Below the pieces are notes generated by a model. That model did not search any database, was not told where the DNA came from, and was given only the letters and a program-made list of their open reading frames with translations. Position numbers and translations under genes: made by a program. DNA of 64,000 nucleotides from an uncultured Bacilli bacterium (GTDB taxonomy: Bacteria > Bacillota_I > Bacilli_A > RF39 > UBA660): positions 4,855 through 68,854 of the forward strand of contig CANROW010000001.1 in the NCBI GenBank assembly GCA_947632345.1, given 5' to 3'. This document shows positions 39,768 through 50,077 of this stretch, in pieces; position 1 is the first letter of the stretch, and each line of letters opens with the position of its first letter.

Positions 39768-41621
39768 TTATTCTTTATAAGTTTTTTGTTTAACTTTATA
39801 TAGACACCTTTTAATGTTATCTAATTGTTGATGAGAAAGAATCGTATGATAAATCATAGATTGGTATAATAAATCTTTATCGTCTTCAGCTGGTAATTCA
39901 AGTTTTAATGCGCTATAATTACGAAGAATTTTATTGCGGGAAATGTAAGTTCCATTAAAATTATAGATTTCTCCTTCCTCATCTAAATATAAGTTATCAA
40001 TATCTGGTAGTAATAGAGGACAACGTTTAATACTTATACGTGGTTTATCCCCAAGAATTCTTTCCATCTGTGTATCTATAAAATGTGGTGTGGCATTCTC
40101 AATGACCTCATCTAAACAACGTTGTGGTATGAGAAAAGAATTAGGAGTGAGAATGTTATGAGAAAATTCATCATCTTGAGTTAATATATCTAATCCAAAA
40201 TTTTCAGCAATGATTAAGCGTTTCATCATATTGCTAATATCTTCTCTATTTCCTTCAAATTTGATAATTTCGTTGACTGGTAGTTGGTGCTCTAAAGAAA
40301 AATCGACAAGGTCAAATAAATCAGTGTTTTTTAATAAATTTAAAACATTGTTATTAGTTAAGCTAAAGCCATATTCTTTTATGAGAGCTATTCTTTCTTT
40401 TAACTCATCCGTAGGTAATAATAAAATAGAAGGATCATAGTTCTTACTGCTAAATGAAACATTTTCTTCTTTTAACAATTGATAATTTTCATCGACAAGC
40501 TCTTTTAATCCATTAGGATTATCCTCTGTTTGCACTTCCAAAATATGAGGATGCGCGTCTAAAAATTCCCTTGTAACAGCAGATGTTTTGTAATAAGAAA
40601 TAATAGTCTCAGCAGCATTTTTATTTAGTTTTAACAAATTATATAGGCATTCTTTATTAGTAATAGTTTGAATAGGAAATCTATTTTGTTGAAATAAGGT
40701 TAAAAGTTCAGTTAAATGTTCAAGCTTTAAATCTAAACTCTCAATATCCATAATTAAACTGGGATGAATACCAAATTTTGTCAATAATTTATGTGGTTCA
40801 CTTTCTTTATTTAAATTGTTTTCTTCTTCCGTTAATTGTTCATATTTTTTTAACTGTTCTTGCAATATTTTTTCCATTAAACAACACTGAACTTCTAAAG
40901 GAAGATTTTTCCAACTTGAATCATAATCCTTAATACCATCACCACTTTTAATTTTTTTATCTATTTCTTCGTAAATGGCAATGGTTTTTAATTTTTTATG
41001 GATATTTTTATTTGTTTCGCCTGAATATTTTTGCAATTTCTCTAAAGTTTCGGAATAATTAGATACATTTTTAATTCTTTCGAAAAAATAATTCAAAAAT
41101 TTGTTTTTGTCTTTTGGCTTCATCTCTTTGATTTTTTCTTTTACTCGACGTTGACTTTCTTTTAGAAAAACTAAATTGATCCAATCGATAACTATTTGTT
41201 TATCAAATTTTATGTATTTCAATAATATATCAATAAATGGTTTATGTTTATTAATAGAGCCAATACCATTATGATCTAAGGGGATAGCTTGGATATTGAT
41301 ATCACTTACATCATCTATTGCTTTTAACTTAGTAAAGGCTGGAAATATACTATTTAAAAAACTACTTAAGTCATTATTAACACAATCATTACAATACTTA
41401 TTTAATTCATTAATAATATTTTTGACCTCTTCAACAGAAGTATCATTAGAATTTACCAATAAAACCAATCCAAATAATTCCCCAAAATTTAAATTGATGA
41501 GACTATCATAGGGAGAAGGATTATACTTACTATATAAGAAATTAAAGTACTTTAATCGTTTTTGAATATTTTCGACATCGGTTCTATCTTTCCCGCTTTC
41601 TATTAATTTTTCTAAATTCAT
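39768..41621 (-). CDS. Hypothetical 617-aa cytoplasmic protein (helical, repeat-like)
   Basis: Long ORF antisense to the surrounding plus-strand housekeeping block. No TM or signal peptide and no NTPase motifs. The C-terminal half has reiterated roughly 30-aa leucine-patterned helical segments. Confidence 0.45.
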   Translation of the reverse strand: MNLEKLIESGKDRTDVENIQKRLKYFNFLYSKYNPSPYDSLINLNFGELFGLVLLVNSNDTSVEEVKNIINELNKYCNDCVNNDLSSFLNSIFPAFTKLKAIDDVSDINIQAIPLDHNGIGSINKHKPFIDILLKYIKFDKQIVIDWINLVFLKESQRRVKEKIKEMKPKDKNKFLNYFFERIKNVSNYSETLEKLQKYSGETNKNIHKKLKTIAIYEEIDKKIKSGDGIKDYDSSWKNLPLEVQCCLMEKILQEQLKKYEQLTEEENNLNKESEPHKLLTKFGIHPSLIMDIESLDLKLEHLTELLTLFQQNRFPIQTITNKECLYNLLKLNKNAAETIISYYKTSAVTREFLDAHPHILEVQTEDNPNGLKELVDENYQLLKEENVSFSSKNYDPSILLLPTDELKERIALIKEYGFSLTNNNVLNLLKNTDLFDLVDFSLEHQLPVNEIIKFEGNREDISNMMKRLIIAENFGLDILTQDDEFSHNILTPNSFLIPQRCLDEVIENATPHFIDTQMERILGDKPRISIKRCPLLLPDIDNLYLDEEGEIYNFNGTYISRNKILRNYSALKLELPAEDDKDLLYQSMIYHTILSHQQLDNIKRCLYKVKQKTYKE

Positions 41622-41623
41622 AA

Positions 41624-42622
41624 TTACTGACCCCTTTTTAAAAGTTGTAATACTTTGGCACTCAACTCTTTTTGTTCTTCAATATAGTTCTGATCACTTA
41701 ATTTTTGGACGATATCATCGCGTTCTTTAATCCAAATTCCATACCTATTCGAGATAAATTTCCTTTGGGTTGTCGTCCATGATGTCTTTTTGTTCATAGC
41801 GCCCAATATAGCATAAATATTAGAAGAAATATGTGTCATATAAATACGCGCTTGATGGATTTTATTTTTGGCATAGACTACTTCTCTTGGACAAGATAAC
41901 CTGTTTAAAACCATTGATTCACCAGTAATTAATGGTTCAAAGATTTTTAAAAAATGTTTGTGCAAATCCGGTGGTAATTCTTGAAGATCTTGATAGAGAT
42001 ATGAGTTATTTGCTGAATTAGTCAAATGAATTAAAAGAGGATGATTTTTAGCTTCAATTATCTCATCATCTTCGGTGATATTGACGCGACAATTTTTCAA
42101 AACATTGAAAATCTCTTTTTTATGTTGAATCTGTTTTTTGATTTCGTCAAATTCTGTACCATCCATTGTTTCTTTAAATTCTAATAAGTAATCACTTGTG
42201 AAGACAATATCTTTTTGACATTCAATCATCAAATCATTAATAGTCGAATAAAAATTAGGATCGTTTATATTTGGTAATAGTGAAGCAATCGATTCAATTG
42301 GACTTGATTCAATCGTTCGCCATAATTTTTGTATTTTGGCATTAACTTTAATTTCTGAAACTGGTGATTGGTCTTCAGCAACGTTCTTTTCAGGAATGGA
42401 CGGAGGAGGTGTTGGTAAAATATATTTACTTCTCTGTTCAGCCTCTTTCAAATTTTTAATATTCTGTTCTTTCTCTTTAATAATACTTGCATTATACGTT
42501 TGGACAAGCTTTAAAAAATCCAATAAATCAGGTAAATCTGTAATATTGCTATCACTAGCTAATTGAATTGGATCAGATATATAATTTCCCTTGGCTAGGG
42601 TTTTAATTTCATCTAAACGCAT
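41624..42622 (-). CDS. Hypothetical 332-aa protein, immediately upstream of and co-oriented with the 617-aa ORF
   Basis: A 2-nt gap to the downstream ORF implies an operon. No recognised motif. Confidence 0.45.
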   Translation of the reverse strand: MRLDEIKTLAKGNYISDPIQLASDSNITDLPDLLDFLKLVQTYNASIIKEKEQNIKNLKEAEQRSKYILPTPPPSIPEKNVAEDQSPVSEIKVNAKIQKLWRTIESSPIESIASLLPNINDPNFYSTINDLMIECQKDIVFTSDYLLEFKETMDGTEFDEIKKQIQHKKEIFNVLKNCRVNITEDDEIIEAKNHPLLIHLTNSANNSYLYQDLQELPPDLHKHFLKIFEPLITGESMVLNRLSCPREVVYAKNKIHQARIYMTHISSNIYAILGAMNKKTSWTTTQRKFISNRYGIWIKERDDIVQKLSDQNYIEEQKELSAKVLQLLKRGQ

Positions 42623-42774
42623 AGTATTTTCACCTCATTAATAAAAACGTTTCATATTATACTATAAAAACCTCTTTTTTTCAAGAATATATAGTTTTAA
42701 TATTTTTGTTTTCTTTTCTTCTTCAGGTGTGTTATAATATGCTCGATTTAAGTATTTATTAGGTGGTGGTGCTA

Positions 42775-44130
42775 ATGGATGATACAATTGCTAGTATATC
42801 GACGACTTTGGGAGTAGGAGCTATTTCAATAATTAGGGTTAGTGGTAGTGAAGCAATCGAAATAGTTAATAAGATTTATAAAGGAAAAGATTTGTCTAGA
42901 GTAGATAGTCATACTATCAATTATGGCCATATTGTCGATAGAGATGAAATCATAGACGAAGTGTTAGTCTCTGTCATGAGATCACCAAAAACATTTACTA
43001 CCGAGGATGTCGTTGAAATCAATTGTCACGGTGGAATCGCAACAACTAATAAAGTAATGGAATTATTACTATTAAATGGAGCGCGATTAGCGGAACCAGG
43101 AGAATTTACTAAGAGGGCCTTTTTAAATGGGCGAATTGATTTAATTGAGGCTGAATCAGTGATGAATGTTATCAATGCCAAAACTGATAAAGCTAGAAAA
43201 CTATCAATCAATCAACTCGAGGGGCGAGTAAGCCAAATCATAAGAAATTTTCGGAAAGAATTATTAGAACTTCTTGCTAATATTGAGGTAAATATCGATT
43301 ATCCAGAATATGAGGATATTGAAGTCATGACGGTTGAAAATATTCGTAAAGAAATGGTTAATATAAGAGAAAAATTAACTAAAATTGTCAAAGAAAGTGA
43401 AAATGGTAAAATCATTTGTGATGGAATAAAAACGGTTATTGTCGGAAGACCTAACGTTGGAAAAAGCAGTATTTTAAATCGTCTATTAGACTATGATAAA
43501 GCTATTGTTACGGATGTTGCGGGGACGACTAGAGACATTGTTGAAGGAGAAATCAATTTAGATGGAATTCTTTTGAAGTTGGTTGATACAGCAGGTATTC
43601 GTCAAACGGAAGATGTCGTTGAAAAAATTGGTGTTGACCGCAGTTTGGAACAAATAGATAGTGCCGATTTAATTATCATGGTTTTGAACAATAATGAGAA
43701 ATTGACGGATTATGACTTTGATCTATTGGAAAAAATAAAAAATAAAAAAGCCATTATTGCTATTAATAAATGTGATTTAAAAAGAAAGATTAATTTAGAT
43801 GAAATATCTAATTCTAATGTAATTGAGATTAATACTATTGATGAGGATAAGATCGATATATTAAAAAATAAGATAAAAGAAATGTTTAATTTAGATGAAA
43901 TTGACCAAAGTGATTACAATTTTTTAAGTAATGTTAGACAGATATCTTTAGCTAAAGAGAGTTTGGCTATTTTAGATGAAGTGGAAAGAGAAGTAGATAG
44001 AGAAGACCCTGTTGATTTGATTGAAATTGATATAAAACGTATTTGGACCAAATTAGGAGAAATAATTGGTGAAAATTATTCTGATGAATTAATAGATCAA
44101 CTCTTCAGTCAGTTTTGTCTAGGAAAATAG
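42775..44130 (+). CDS. mnmE: tRNA modification GTPase MnmE
   Basis: G1 motif GRPNVGKSS, G3 motif DTAGIR, G4 motif NKCD, and the C-terminal CxGK motif (CLGK). An extended -10 (TGTTATAAT) lies at 42731 and a ribosome-binding site AGGTGGTGG precedes the ATG at 42775. Confidence 0.9.
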   Translation: MDDTIASISTTLGVGAISIIRVSGSEAIEIVNKIYKGKDLSRVDSHTINYGHIVDRDEIIDEVLVSVMRSPKTFTTEDVVEINCHGGIATTNKVMELLLLNGARLAEPGEFTKRAFLNGRIDLIEAESVMNVINAKTDKARKLSINQLEGRVSQIIRNFRKELLELLANIEVNIDYPEYEDIEVMTVENIRKEMVNIREKLTKIVKESENGKIICDGIKTVIVGRPNVGKSSILNRLLDYDKAIVTDVAGTTRDIVEGEINLDGILLKLVDTAGIRQTEDVVEKIGVDRSLEQIDSADLIIMVLNNNEKLTDYDFDLLEKIKNKKAIIAINKCDLKRKINLDEISNSNVIEINTIDEDKIDILKNKIKEMFNLDEIDQSDYNFLSNVRQISLAKESLAILDEVEREVDREDPVDLIEIDIKRIWTKLGEIIGENYSDELIDQLFSQFCLGK

Positions 44131-44141
44131 GAAGTGTTAAT

Positions 44142-46004
44142 ATGAATTATGATGTGATAGTAGTAGGAGGAGGACATGCTGGTTGTGAAGCGTGTTTAGC
44201 TAGTAGTAGATTGGGTAAGAATACTCTTTTGGTTACTGGACGAATTGAAAATATTGCCGATATGCCTTGTAATCCATCAATAGGTGGGCCAGCTAAGGGG
44301 ATAGTCGTTAGAGAAATAGATGCCCTTGGTGGTGAAATGGGGAAAAATACCGATAAAAGTTTTTTACAGATGAAAATGTTGAATTTTAAAAAGGGACCAG
44401 CTGTTCGGGCTCTTCGAGCACAAGCTGATAAAATAACTTATAAACAAGAAATGTTGAAAACTTTAAGAAATCAAGAAAACCTTTCTATTCTAGAAGCGAT
44501 GGTTGAAGATTTAATTGTCAATAATAATAAAATAGGTGGAATAATTCTTGAAGACGGAACCAAAATTAAAGCTAAAGCTGTTATTTTAACAACGGGAACT
44601 TATTTAAAAGGAGCTGTTTTATATGGATCGACGAAGTTCAGTAGTGGACCGCATGATGAAAAGCCATCCCTTCATCTAAGTGATAAATTACGAACTTTGG
44701 GTTTCAATATCAAAAGATTGAAAACGGGTACTCCTCCACGAATTGAGAAGAGTAGTATTGATTTTACGAAGGCTTCTCTAGAACCAGGCGATGATGTCTG
44801 TCACCAATTTTCTTTTTCTAAAAAAATAGAATACAACCCTGATGATCAGATTCCTTGTCACTTGATATATACGACGCCTGAGACGCACGAGATAATTCGC
44901 AATAATTTAAATAAATCAAGTATGTATGGTGGTTATGTTGAAGGAGTTGGACCAAGATATTGCCCATCAATTGAAGATAAGATTGTTCGTTTTGCTGACA
45001 AAGAACGTCATCAACTCTTTTTAGAGCCAGAAAGCATCTATTATGATGATATTTATATTCAAGGATTTTCAACCAGTATGCCTCACGACGTCCAAGAAGA
45101 AATGGTTCACAGTTTGCCTGGCTTAGAACATGCTGTTATCAAGAAATACGCCTATGCTATTGAATATGATGCCATTGATTCTCTCCAATTGCGCCCGAGT
45201 CTTGAGACAAAAGTTGTTGAAAATTTATTTACAGCTGGGCAAATTAATGGTACGAGTGGATATGAGGAAGCTGCTGGTCAAGGTTTGATAGCGGGAATCA
45301 ATGCTGTTCGAAAAATAGATGAAAAAGAACCTTTAGTTTTAAAAAGAAATGAAGCATATATTGGTGTTTTGATAGATGATTTAGTTGTTAAAGGAGTTAT
45401 TGATCCATATCGATTGCTAACGTCACGGGCTGAGTATCGTCTTTTACTTCGCCACGATAATGCCGATATCCGTCTAAGAGAATATGGTCACGAAATAGGA
45501 TTAGTTAGTGATGCAGAATATCAAGCATTTCAAACTAAAATAAATGATATTGCCCAACTTGAAAACGACTTAATAAAGACAAAGATCACTCCTAAAAAAG
45601 AGATAAATGATTATTTGCACAGTTTAGATTCAGCTGAAATATATGATAGTATGACTTTGTACAACTTGTTAAAACGGCCAGAAATATCTATTGACAATAT
45701 TATGAGATTTTTAGACAAAGATTATGACGCTAATGTCAAAGAACAAGTTGAAATCAATATAAAATATGAGGGATACATCAAAAAAGCTAATAAAGATGCA
45801 GAAAAGATGCTTGAGTATGAAAATATTAAGATTCCTGATGATATCGATTATTCCAAAGTTATTAATCTTGCCAGTGAAGCTTGTCAAAAATTGACGGAAA
45901 TTAGGCCTGTCTCAATTGGTCAAGCAATGCGAATAAGTGGTGTAAATCCAAGCGATATAACGATGTTGCTGATGCATTTGCGAAAGGAATCTAGAAATGA
46001 ATAG
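44142..46004 (+). CDS. mnmG: tRNA uridine 5-carboxymethylaminomethyl modification enzyme MnmG
   Basis: FAD-binding motif YDVIVVGGGHAGCEA and high overall conservation with GidA. Confidence 0.9.
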   Translation: MNYDVIVVGGGHAGCEACLASSRLGKNTLLVTGRIENIADMPCNPSIGGPAKGIVVREIDALGGEMGKNTDKSFLQMKMLNFKKGPAVRALRAQADKITYKQEMLKTLRNQENLSILEAMVEDLIVNNNKIGGIILEDGTKIKAKAVILTTGTYLKGAVLYGSTKFSSGPHDEKPSLHLSDKLRTLGFNIKRLKTGTPPRIEKSSIDFTKASLEPGDDVCHQFSFSKKIEYNPDDQIPCHLIYTTPETHEIIRNNLNKSSMYGGYVEGVGPRYCPSIEDKIVRFADKERHQLFLEPESIYYDDIYIQGFSTSMPHDVQEEMVHSLPGLEHAVIKKYAYAIEYDAIDSLQLRPSLETKVVENLFTAGQINGTSGYEEAAGQGLIAGINAVRKIDEKEPLVLKRNEAYIGVLIDDLVVKGVIDPYRLLTSRAEYRLLLRHDNADIRLREYGHEIGLVSDAEYQAFQTKINDIAQLENDLIKTKITPKKEINDYLHSLDSAEIYDSMTLYNLLKRPEISIDNIMRFLDKDYDANVKEQVEINIKYEGYIKKANKDAEKMLEYENIKIPDDIDYSKVINLASEACQKLTEIRPVSIGQAMRISGVNPSDITMLLMHLRKESRNE

Positions 46005-46701
46005 AGAGTTATTTGTTGAAGAAGTAAAGAAATTAGGTATTGATGTTGACGAAGATAAGTTAAGTAAATTAAACATTTTCTACGAATTGCTGCTTGAATG
46101 GAATGAAAAAATAAATTTGACGACGATTGTTGAAGAAGAGAGTGTCTATTTAAAACATTTTTACGATAGTTTAACTCTTTATCGAGATGTTGATCTCACC
46201 AAAAAAATTAAGCTTTGTGATGTCGGAAGTGGAGCTGGCTTTCCAGGGATCGTTTTAAAAATATTTTTTCCAAATTTAGACATTACCCTCATCGATTCAT
46301 TGAATAAGAGAGTCATATATTTAAATGATGTGATAAAAAAGTTAGATCTTTCAGACATAAGAGCTATTCATGCCCGTATGGAGGATTATAGTCGTCTCCA
46401 CGAAGAGGAGTTTGATGTTATCACAGCCCGTGCTGTAGCTTCCTTACCAATCCTTTGTGAAATCTGTGTTCGAGCATCAAAAATGAATGGTAATCTCGTC
46501 TTCATGAAAGCAAATTGTGATGATGAGATGGTCAATATTGATAAAAAAATCACAAAATTATCTTTAAAATTGAACAGTGTTGATAAATTTGTTTTGCCAA
46601 TCGAAAATAGTAACCGAACAATTATCAAAATTGATAGAGTGGATAAATTAAATAAAATTTATCCTCGCACTATAGATAAAATTAAAAAAAATCCATTGTA
46701 A
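45997..46701 (+). CDS. rsmG: 16S rRNA (guanine527-N7)-methyltransferase
   Basis: GidB family with SAM motif DVGSGAGFPG. A terminator hairpin follows at about 46688..46715. Confidence 0.85.
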   Translation: MNRELFVEEVKKLGIDVDEDKLSKLNIFYELLLEWNEKINLTTIVEEESVYLKHFYDSLTLYRDVDLTKKIKLCDVGSGAGFPGIVLKIFFPNLDITLIDSLNKRVIYLNDVIKKLDLSDIRAIHARMEDYSRLHEEEFDVITARAVASLPILCEICVRASKMNGNLVFMKANCDDEMVNIDKKITKLSLKLNSVDKFVLPIENSNRTIIKIDRVDKLNKIYPRTIDKIKKNPL

Positions 46702-46758
46702 AATGGATTTTATTATTATATAATTTAAGATAGAATAAGAATAGATGGAGGGTTGATT

Positions 46759-48297
46759 ATGGAAAATGAAGTTGTTCAATTGTATCTTGATGATATAATT
46801 CCTAATAGATTTCAACCAAGAGAGGTTTTTAATGATCAAGCATTAAAAGAATTAGCTATTTCAATTAGAGAACATGGAGTCATTCAGCCAATTATTGTAA
46901 GAAAGTTTGGAGATAAATACGAAATAATAGCTGGTGAAAGAAGATATAAAGCATCGACGATGGCAGGTCTTACCAAAATACCAGCAATTGTTAGAAATTT
47001 AGATGATAAGGAATCTTCAAAAGTTGCATTAATAGAGAATCTTCAAAGAAGAGATTTAACGCCAATCGAGGAAGCTCGTACATATCAAAAGATCTTGGAC
47101 TTAGATGAAATGACACAAGAAGATTTAGCCAAGACAATGGGAAAGAGTCAATCATCTGTATCTAATAAATTGCGTTTATTGTCATTACCAGATGAAGTGC
47201 AGGAAGCATTGTTAAAAGAAGAAATATCTGAAAGACATGCGCGCAGTCTATTGAATTTAAATGATAAAAATATGCAAGTTGAATTGTTGAAAGAAGTCAT
47301 CAGTACCAAGATGACCGTTCGTGATTTAGATGCAAAAATAAAAAAACTAACCGAGGGAGCTTCTAGTGAGTCCAGCGAGACAAGTGGTGGTAGTATGATG
47401 AATGTCGTAGAACAACCTGATCAAGAAAAAGCAAATGATTTGATAACCCCACCAGAACCTATGAGTGCAAATCAACCTTTAGAGAATTCTAATAATATAG
47501 AATCTCTCTTCACTAGTGCCAATTCAAGAACCACTGATAATTTATTTAGTGATAATGTTCAACCGACAAATGAAACAAATACAAATGATAATTTAGGAGC
47601 TGAAAATAAAATGAATAACGATAGTTTGTTTGGAAATAGCTCAAATCAAAATGATATCAATACAGTTCCAGATATACTTAATAATACCAATATTTTTGGA
47701 CCTCGTGATGTAACGAATGATCCGACGACCGTTGATATTAACAAAATTCGCGAGCAGTCAGCTGACATTGCACCAAAACCAACTGAACCATCTAAGAGTA
47801 TCTTTGATGTCAATGGTTTGGTTAATAAGAATGTTGATGTCAACTCTTCAACTAATAATGCTAGCAGTTTCATTCCAAAATTTAATGATGAACAAGAAGC
47901 TAAACCTGAAACTACTAATATAAATGGTAATGGATTACTTTCTGGTATGCCTAGCTTAAAACCAGTTGAAAATACACCAACGCCAAATAGCTCTAATACA
48001 TCTAGTCTATTCGGTTCTTCCATTGAACAAAATACTTCTAGTGTGAATAATAATAGTTTATTCACTACACCAACCGTAGATACAATAAAGACAAATAATG
48101 AAAGCTTATTCGGTTCAAATCCTAATAACTCTTCAATGATTGCTGATAGTATGGTATCATCTAATAGTGTTACTAAAGCAGTTCAAGATGTTAAAGATGT
48201 TATTAAGGCATGTCAAGATAAAGGATATAAAGTATCTGTAGAAGAGTTAAATTTAGATAATGAAATTCAATTAATAGTAAAATTTAATAAGGACTAA
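46759..48297 (+). CDS. noc: Nucleoid occlusion protein Noc (ParB paralogue) carrying a roughly 230-aa Asn/Ser/Thr-rich disordered insertion and lacking the N-terminal amphipathic helix
   Basis: ParB N-terminal domain (IPNRFQPR, GERR). The helix-turn-helix region carries Noc-type residues (GKSQSSVSNKLRLL, ITERHAR-like EISERHARSL). A conserved C-terminal dimerisation-like segment (KGYKVSVEELNLDNEIQLIVKF) follows the low-complexity region. A GGAGGG ribosome-binding site precedes ATG 46759. Confidence 0.75.
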   Translation: MENEVVQLYLDDIIPNRFQPREVFNDQALKELAISIREHGVIQPIIVRKFGDKYEIIAGERRYKASTMAGLTKIPAIVRNLDDKESSKVALIENLQRRDLTPIEEARTYQKILDLDEMTQEDLAKTMGKSQSSVSNKLRLLSLPDEVQEALLKEEISERHARSLLNLNDKNMQVELLKEVISTKMTVRDLDAKIKKLTEGASSESSETSGGSMMNVVEQPDQEKANDLITPPEPMSANQPLENSNNIESLFTSANSRTTDNLFSDNVQPTNETNTNDNLGAENKMNNDSLFGNSSNQNDINTVPDILNNTNIFGPRDVTNDPTTVDINKIREQSADIAPKPTEPSKSIFDVNGLVNKNVDVNSSTNNASSFIPKFNDEQEAKPETTNINGNGLLSGMPSLKPVENTPTPNSSNTSSLFGSSIEQNTSSVNNNSLFTTPTVDTIKTNNESLFGSNPNNSSMIADSMVSSNSVTKAVQDVKDVIKACQDKGYKVSVEELNLDNEIQLIVKFNKD

Positions 48298-48322
48298 GAC
48301 AGTTTACTGTCTTTTTTCTTTC
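48296..48322 (+). terminator. Rho-independent terminator after noc
   Basis: AGACAGT-TTA-CTGTCT hairpin followed by TTTTTTC. Confidence 0.5.
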
Positions 48323-48413
48323 AAAAGCAAATTATTTTTTTGTTTTCAAAAACTATTTTCTTATATTTCTTTTTTTGTTATTATATATATAGTTATATTT
48401 AGAAGGTGATGAG

Positions 48414-49202
48414 ATGGGAAAGGTAATATCTTTGGTTAATCAAAAGGGTGGAGTAGGAAAGACAACAACTAGTATAAATCTTTCGGCGTCTCTAGCTGTG
48501 TTAGGGAAAAAAGTTTTATTAATTGATTTAGATCCTCAAGGTAATGCAACGACGGGAATTGGAATAAATAAAGGTGAGATAGAAAATAGTATATATGATG
48601 TATTGACGGATACCTGTGATATTGAAGAAGCAATTATCACTAGTAAATATAAAAGATTATATGTCATCCCATCAACAATTAGATTAGCTGGTATTAATAC
48701 AGAGTTAGTTGAAAGAGGAATAGATGATGCGAGTTTTGTGCGTGGGGCGCAACTAAAGAATAAATTAGATGGTGTCAAAGATAATTTTGATTTTGTCATT
48801 ATCGATTGCCCACCAGCATTAGATTGGATTACGACAAATGCCTTGACAGCCTCTGATTCAGTTATTATTCCTGTACAATGTGAATTCTTTGCGTTAGAAG
48901 GAATAATGCAATTATTGAACAGCATTGTCAAAGCTCAAGAGAAATTGAACCCTAAACTTGATATAGAAGGCGTATTACTAACAATGTTGGATTCAAGGAC
49001 AAATTTGGGATTTGACGTCGTAGAAGATATCAGAAAGTTTTTCAAAGAGAGGGTTTACAACACAATTATTCCAAGATTGATAAGACTTACAGAAGCACCA
49101 TCTCATGGGAAACCAATAGTAGCTTATGATCCTAAAAGTAAAGGAACAGAAGCATATTTAAATTTAGCTAAGGAAGTGATTGAGAGAAATGGACACAACT
49201 AG
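48414..49202 (+). CDS. soj: Chromosome partitioning ATPase ParA/Soj
   Basis: Deviant Walker A motif NQKGGVGKTTT and ParA family length. Confidence 0.9.
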   Translation: MGKVISLVNQKGGVGKTTTSINLSASLAVLGKKVLLIDLDPQGNATTGIGINKGEIENSIYDVLTDTCDIEEAIITSKYKRLYVIPSTIRLAGINTELVERGIDDASFVRGAQLKNKLDGVKDNFDFVIIDCPPALDWITTNALTASDSVIIPVQCEFFALEGIMQLLNSIVKAQEKLNPKLDIEGVLLTMLDSRTNLGFDVVEDIRKFFKERVYNTIIPRLIRLTEAPSHGKPIVAYDPKSKGTEAYLNLAKEVIERNGHN

Positions 49203-50067
49203 AAGAAGAGCATTAGGTAAAGGACTTGAAGAATTGTTTAGTAATGAACAATTAGATTTTAATAAAATGGAAGAAAAAATAGTCAATTCAACTCCTAAAG
49301 AAGAAATTGTGGAAATTAAATTGGCTGATTTACGAAGCAATCCGTATCAACCAAGAAAGATATTTGATGAAGAAAAATTAAAAGAATTAGCCGATTCAAT
49401 CAAAGAACACGGTGTCTTTCAACCTATAATTGTTAAGAGAAGCATTAAAGGATACGACATTATTGCTGGTGAGCGAAGAGTAAAAGCTTGTCAAATGGCT
49501 GGTCTTGAGACAATTCCAGCTATCATTAGAGATTTCTCTGATTCTGATATGATGGAAATTGCTCTTTTAGAAAATCTTCAAAGGGAAAATTTAAATCCTA
49601 TTGAAGAAGCTGATGCATACAGAAAACTATTAGATTCATTGAGCTTGACACAAGATGAGTTGGCCAAAAGACTCGGAAAGAGTAGAAGTCATATTACTAA
49701 TATGTTGGGATTATTAAATTTACCAGATGAAGTTAAAAGTTTGATAAATGAAAATAAAATCTCAATGAGTCATGCTCGTGTTTTGAGTAAAATGGAGGAT
49801 AAAGAAAAAATTGATGATTTCGTCAATATGATTTTGAATGATAATCTCAATGTTCGTGAAATGGAAGAATTATCTAGAACTGCGGATGTTTCAAAGACTC
49901 ATAAAATAAATCGCAAACCACAAGAGAATGAATATAGTTATTTAGAGGATGAATTGTCTGACAAATTGGGAACGAGAGTTAAGATAAAGAAGAATAAGAT
50001 AGAGATAGTGTTTACTAATAATAGTGATTTAAATCGTATTTTAGAAATTATGAATTTAAACGATTAG
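49189..50067 (+). CDS. spo0J: Chromosome partitioning protein ParB/Spo0J
   Basis: ParB boxes (GERR, ENLQREN). The helix-turn-helix region has ParB-type residues (GKSRSHITNMLGLL). The ATG at 49189 overlaps the soj stop codon. Confidence 0.85.
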   Translation: MDTTRRRALGKGLEELFSNEQLDFNKMEEKIVNSTPKEEIVEIKLADLRSNPYQPRKIFDEEKLKELADSIKEHGVFQPIIVKRSIKGYDIIAGERRVKACQMAGLETIPAIIRDFSDSDMMEIALLENLQRENLNPIEEADAYRKLLDSLSLTQDELAKRLGKSRSHITNMLGLLNLPDEVKSLINENKISMSHARVLSKMEDKEKIDDFVNMILNDNLNVREMEELSRTADVSKTHKINRKPQENEYSYLEDELSDKLGTRVKIKKNKIEIVFTNNSDLNRILEIMNLND

Positions 50068-50077
50068 GAGTAAAAAT

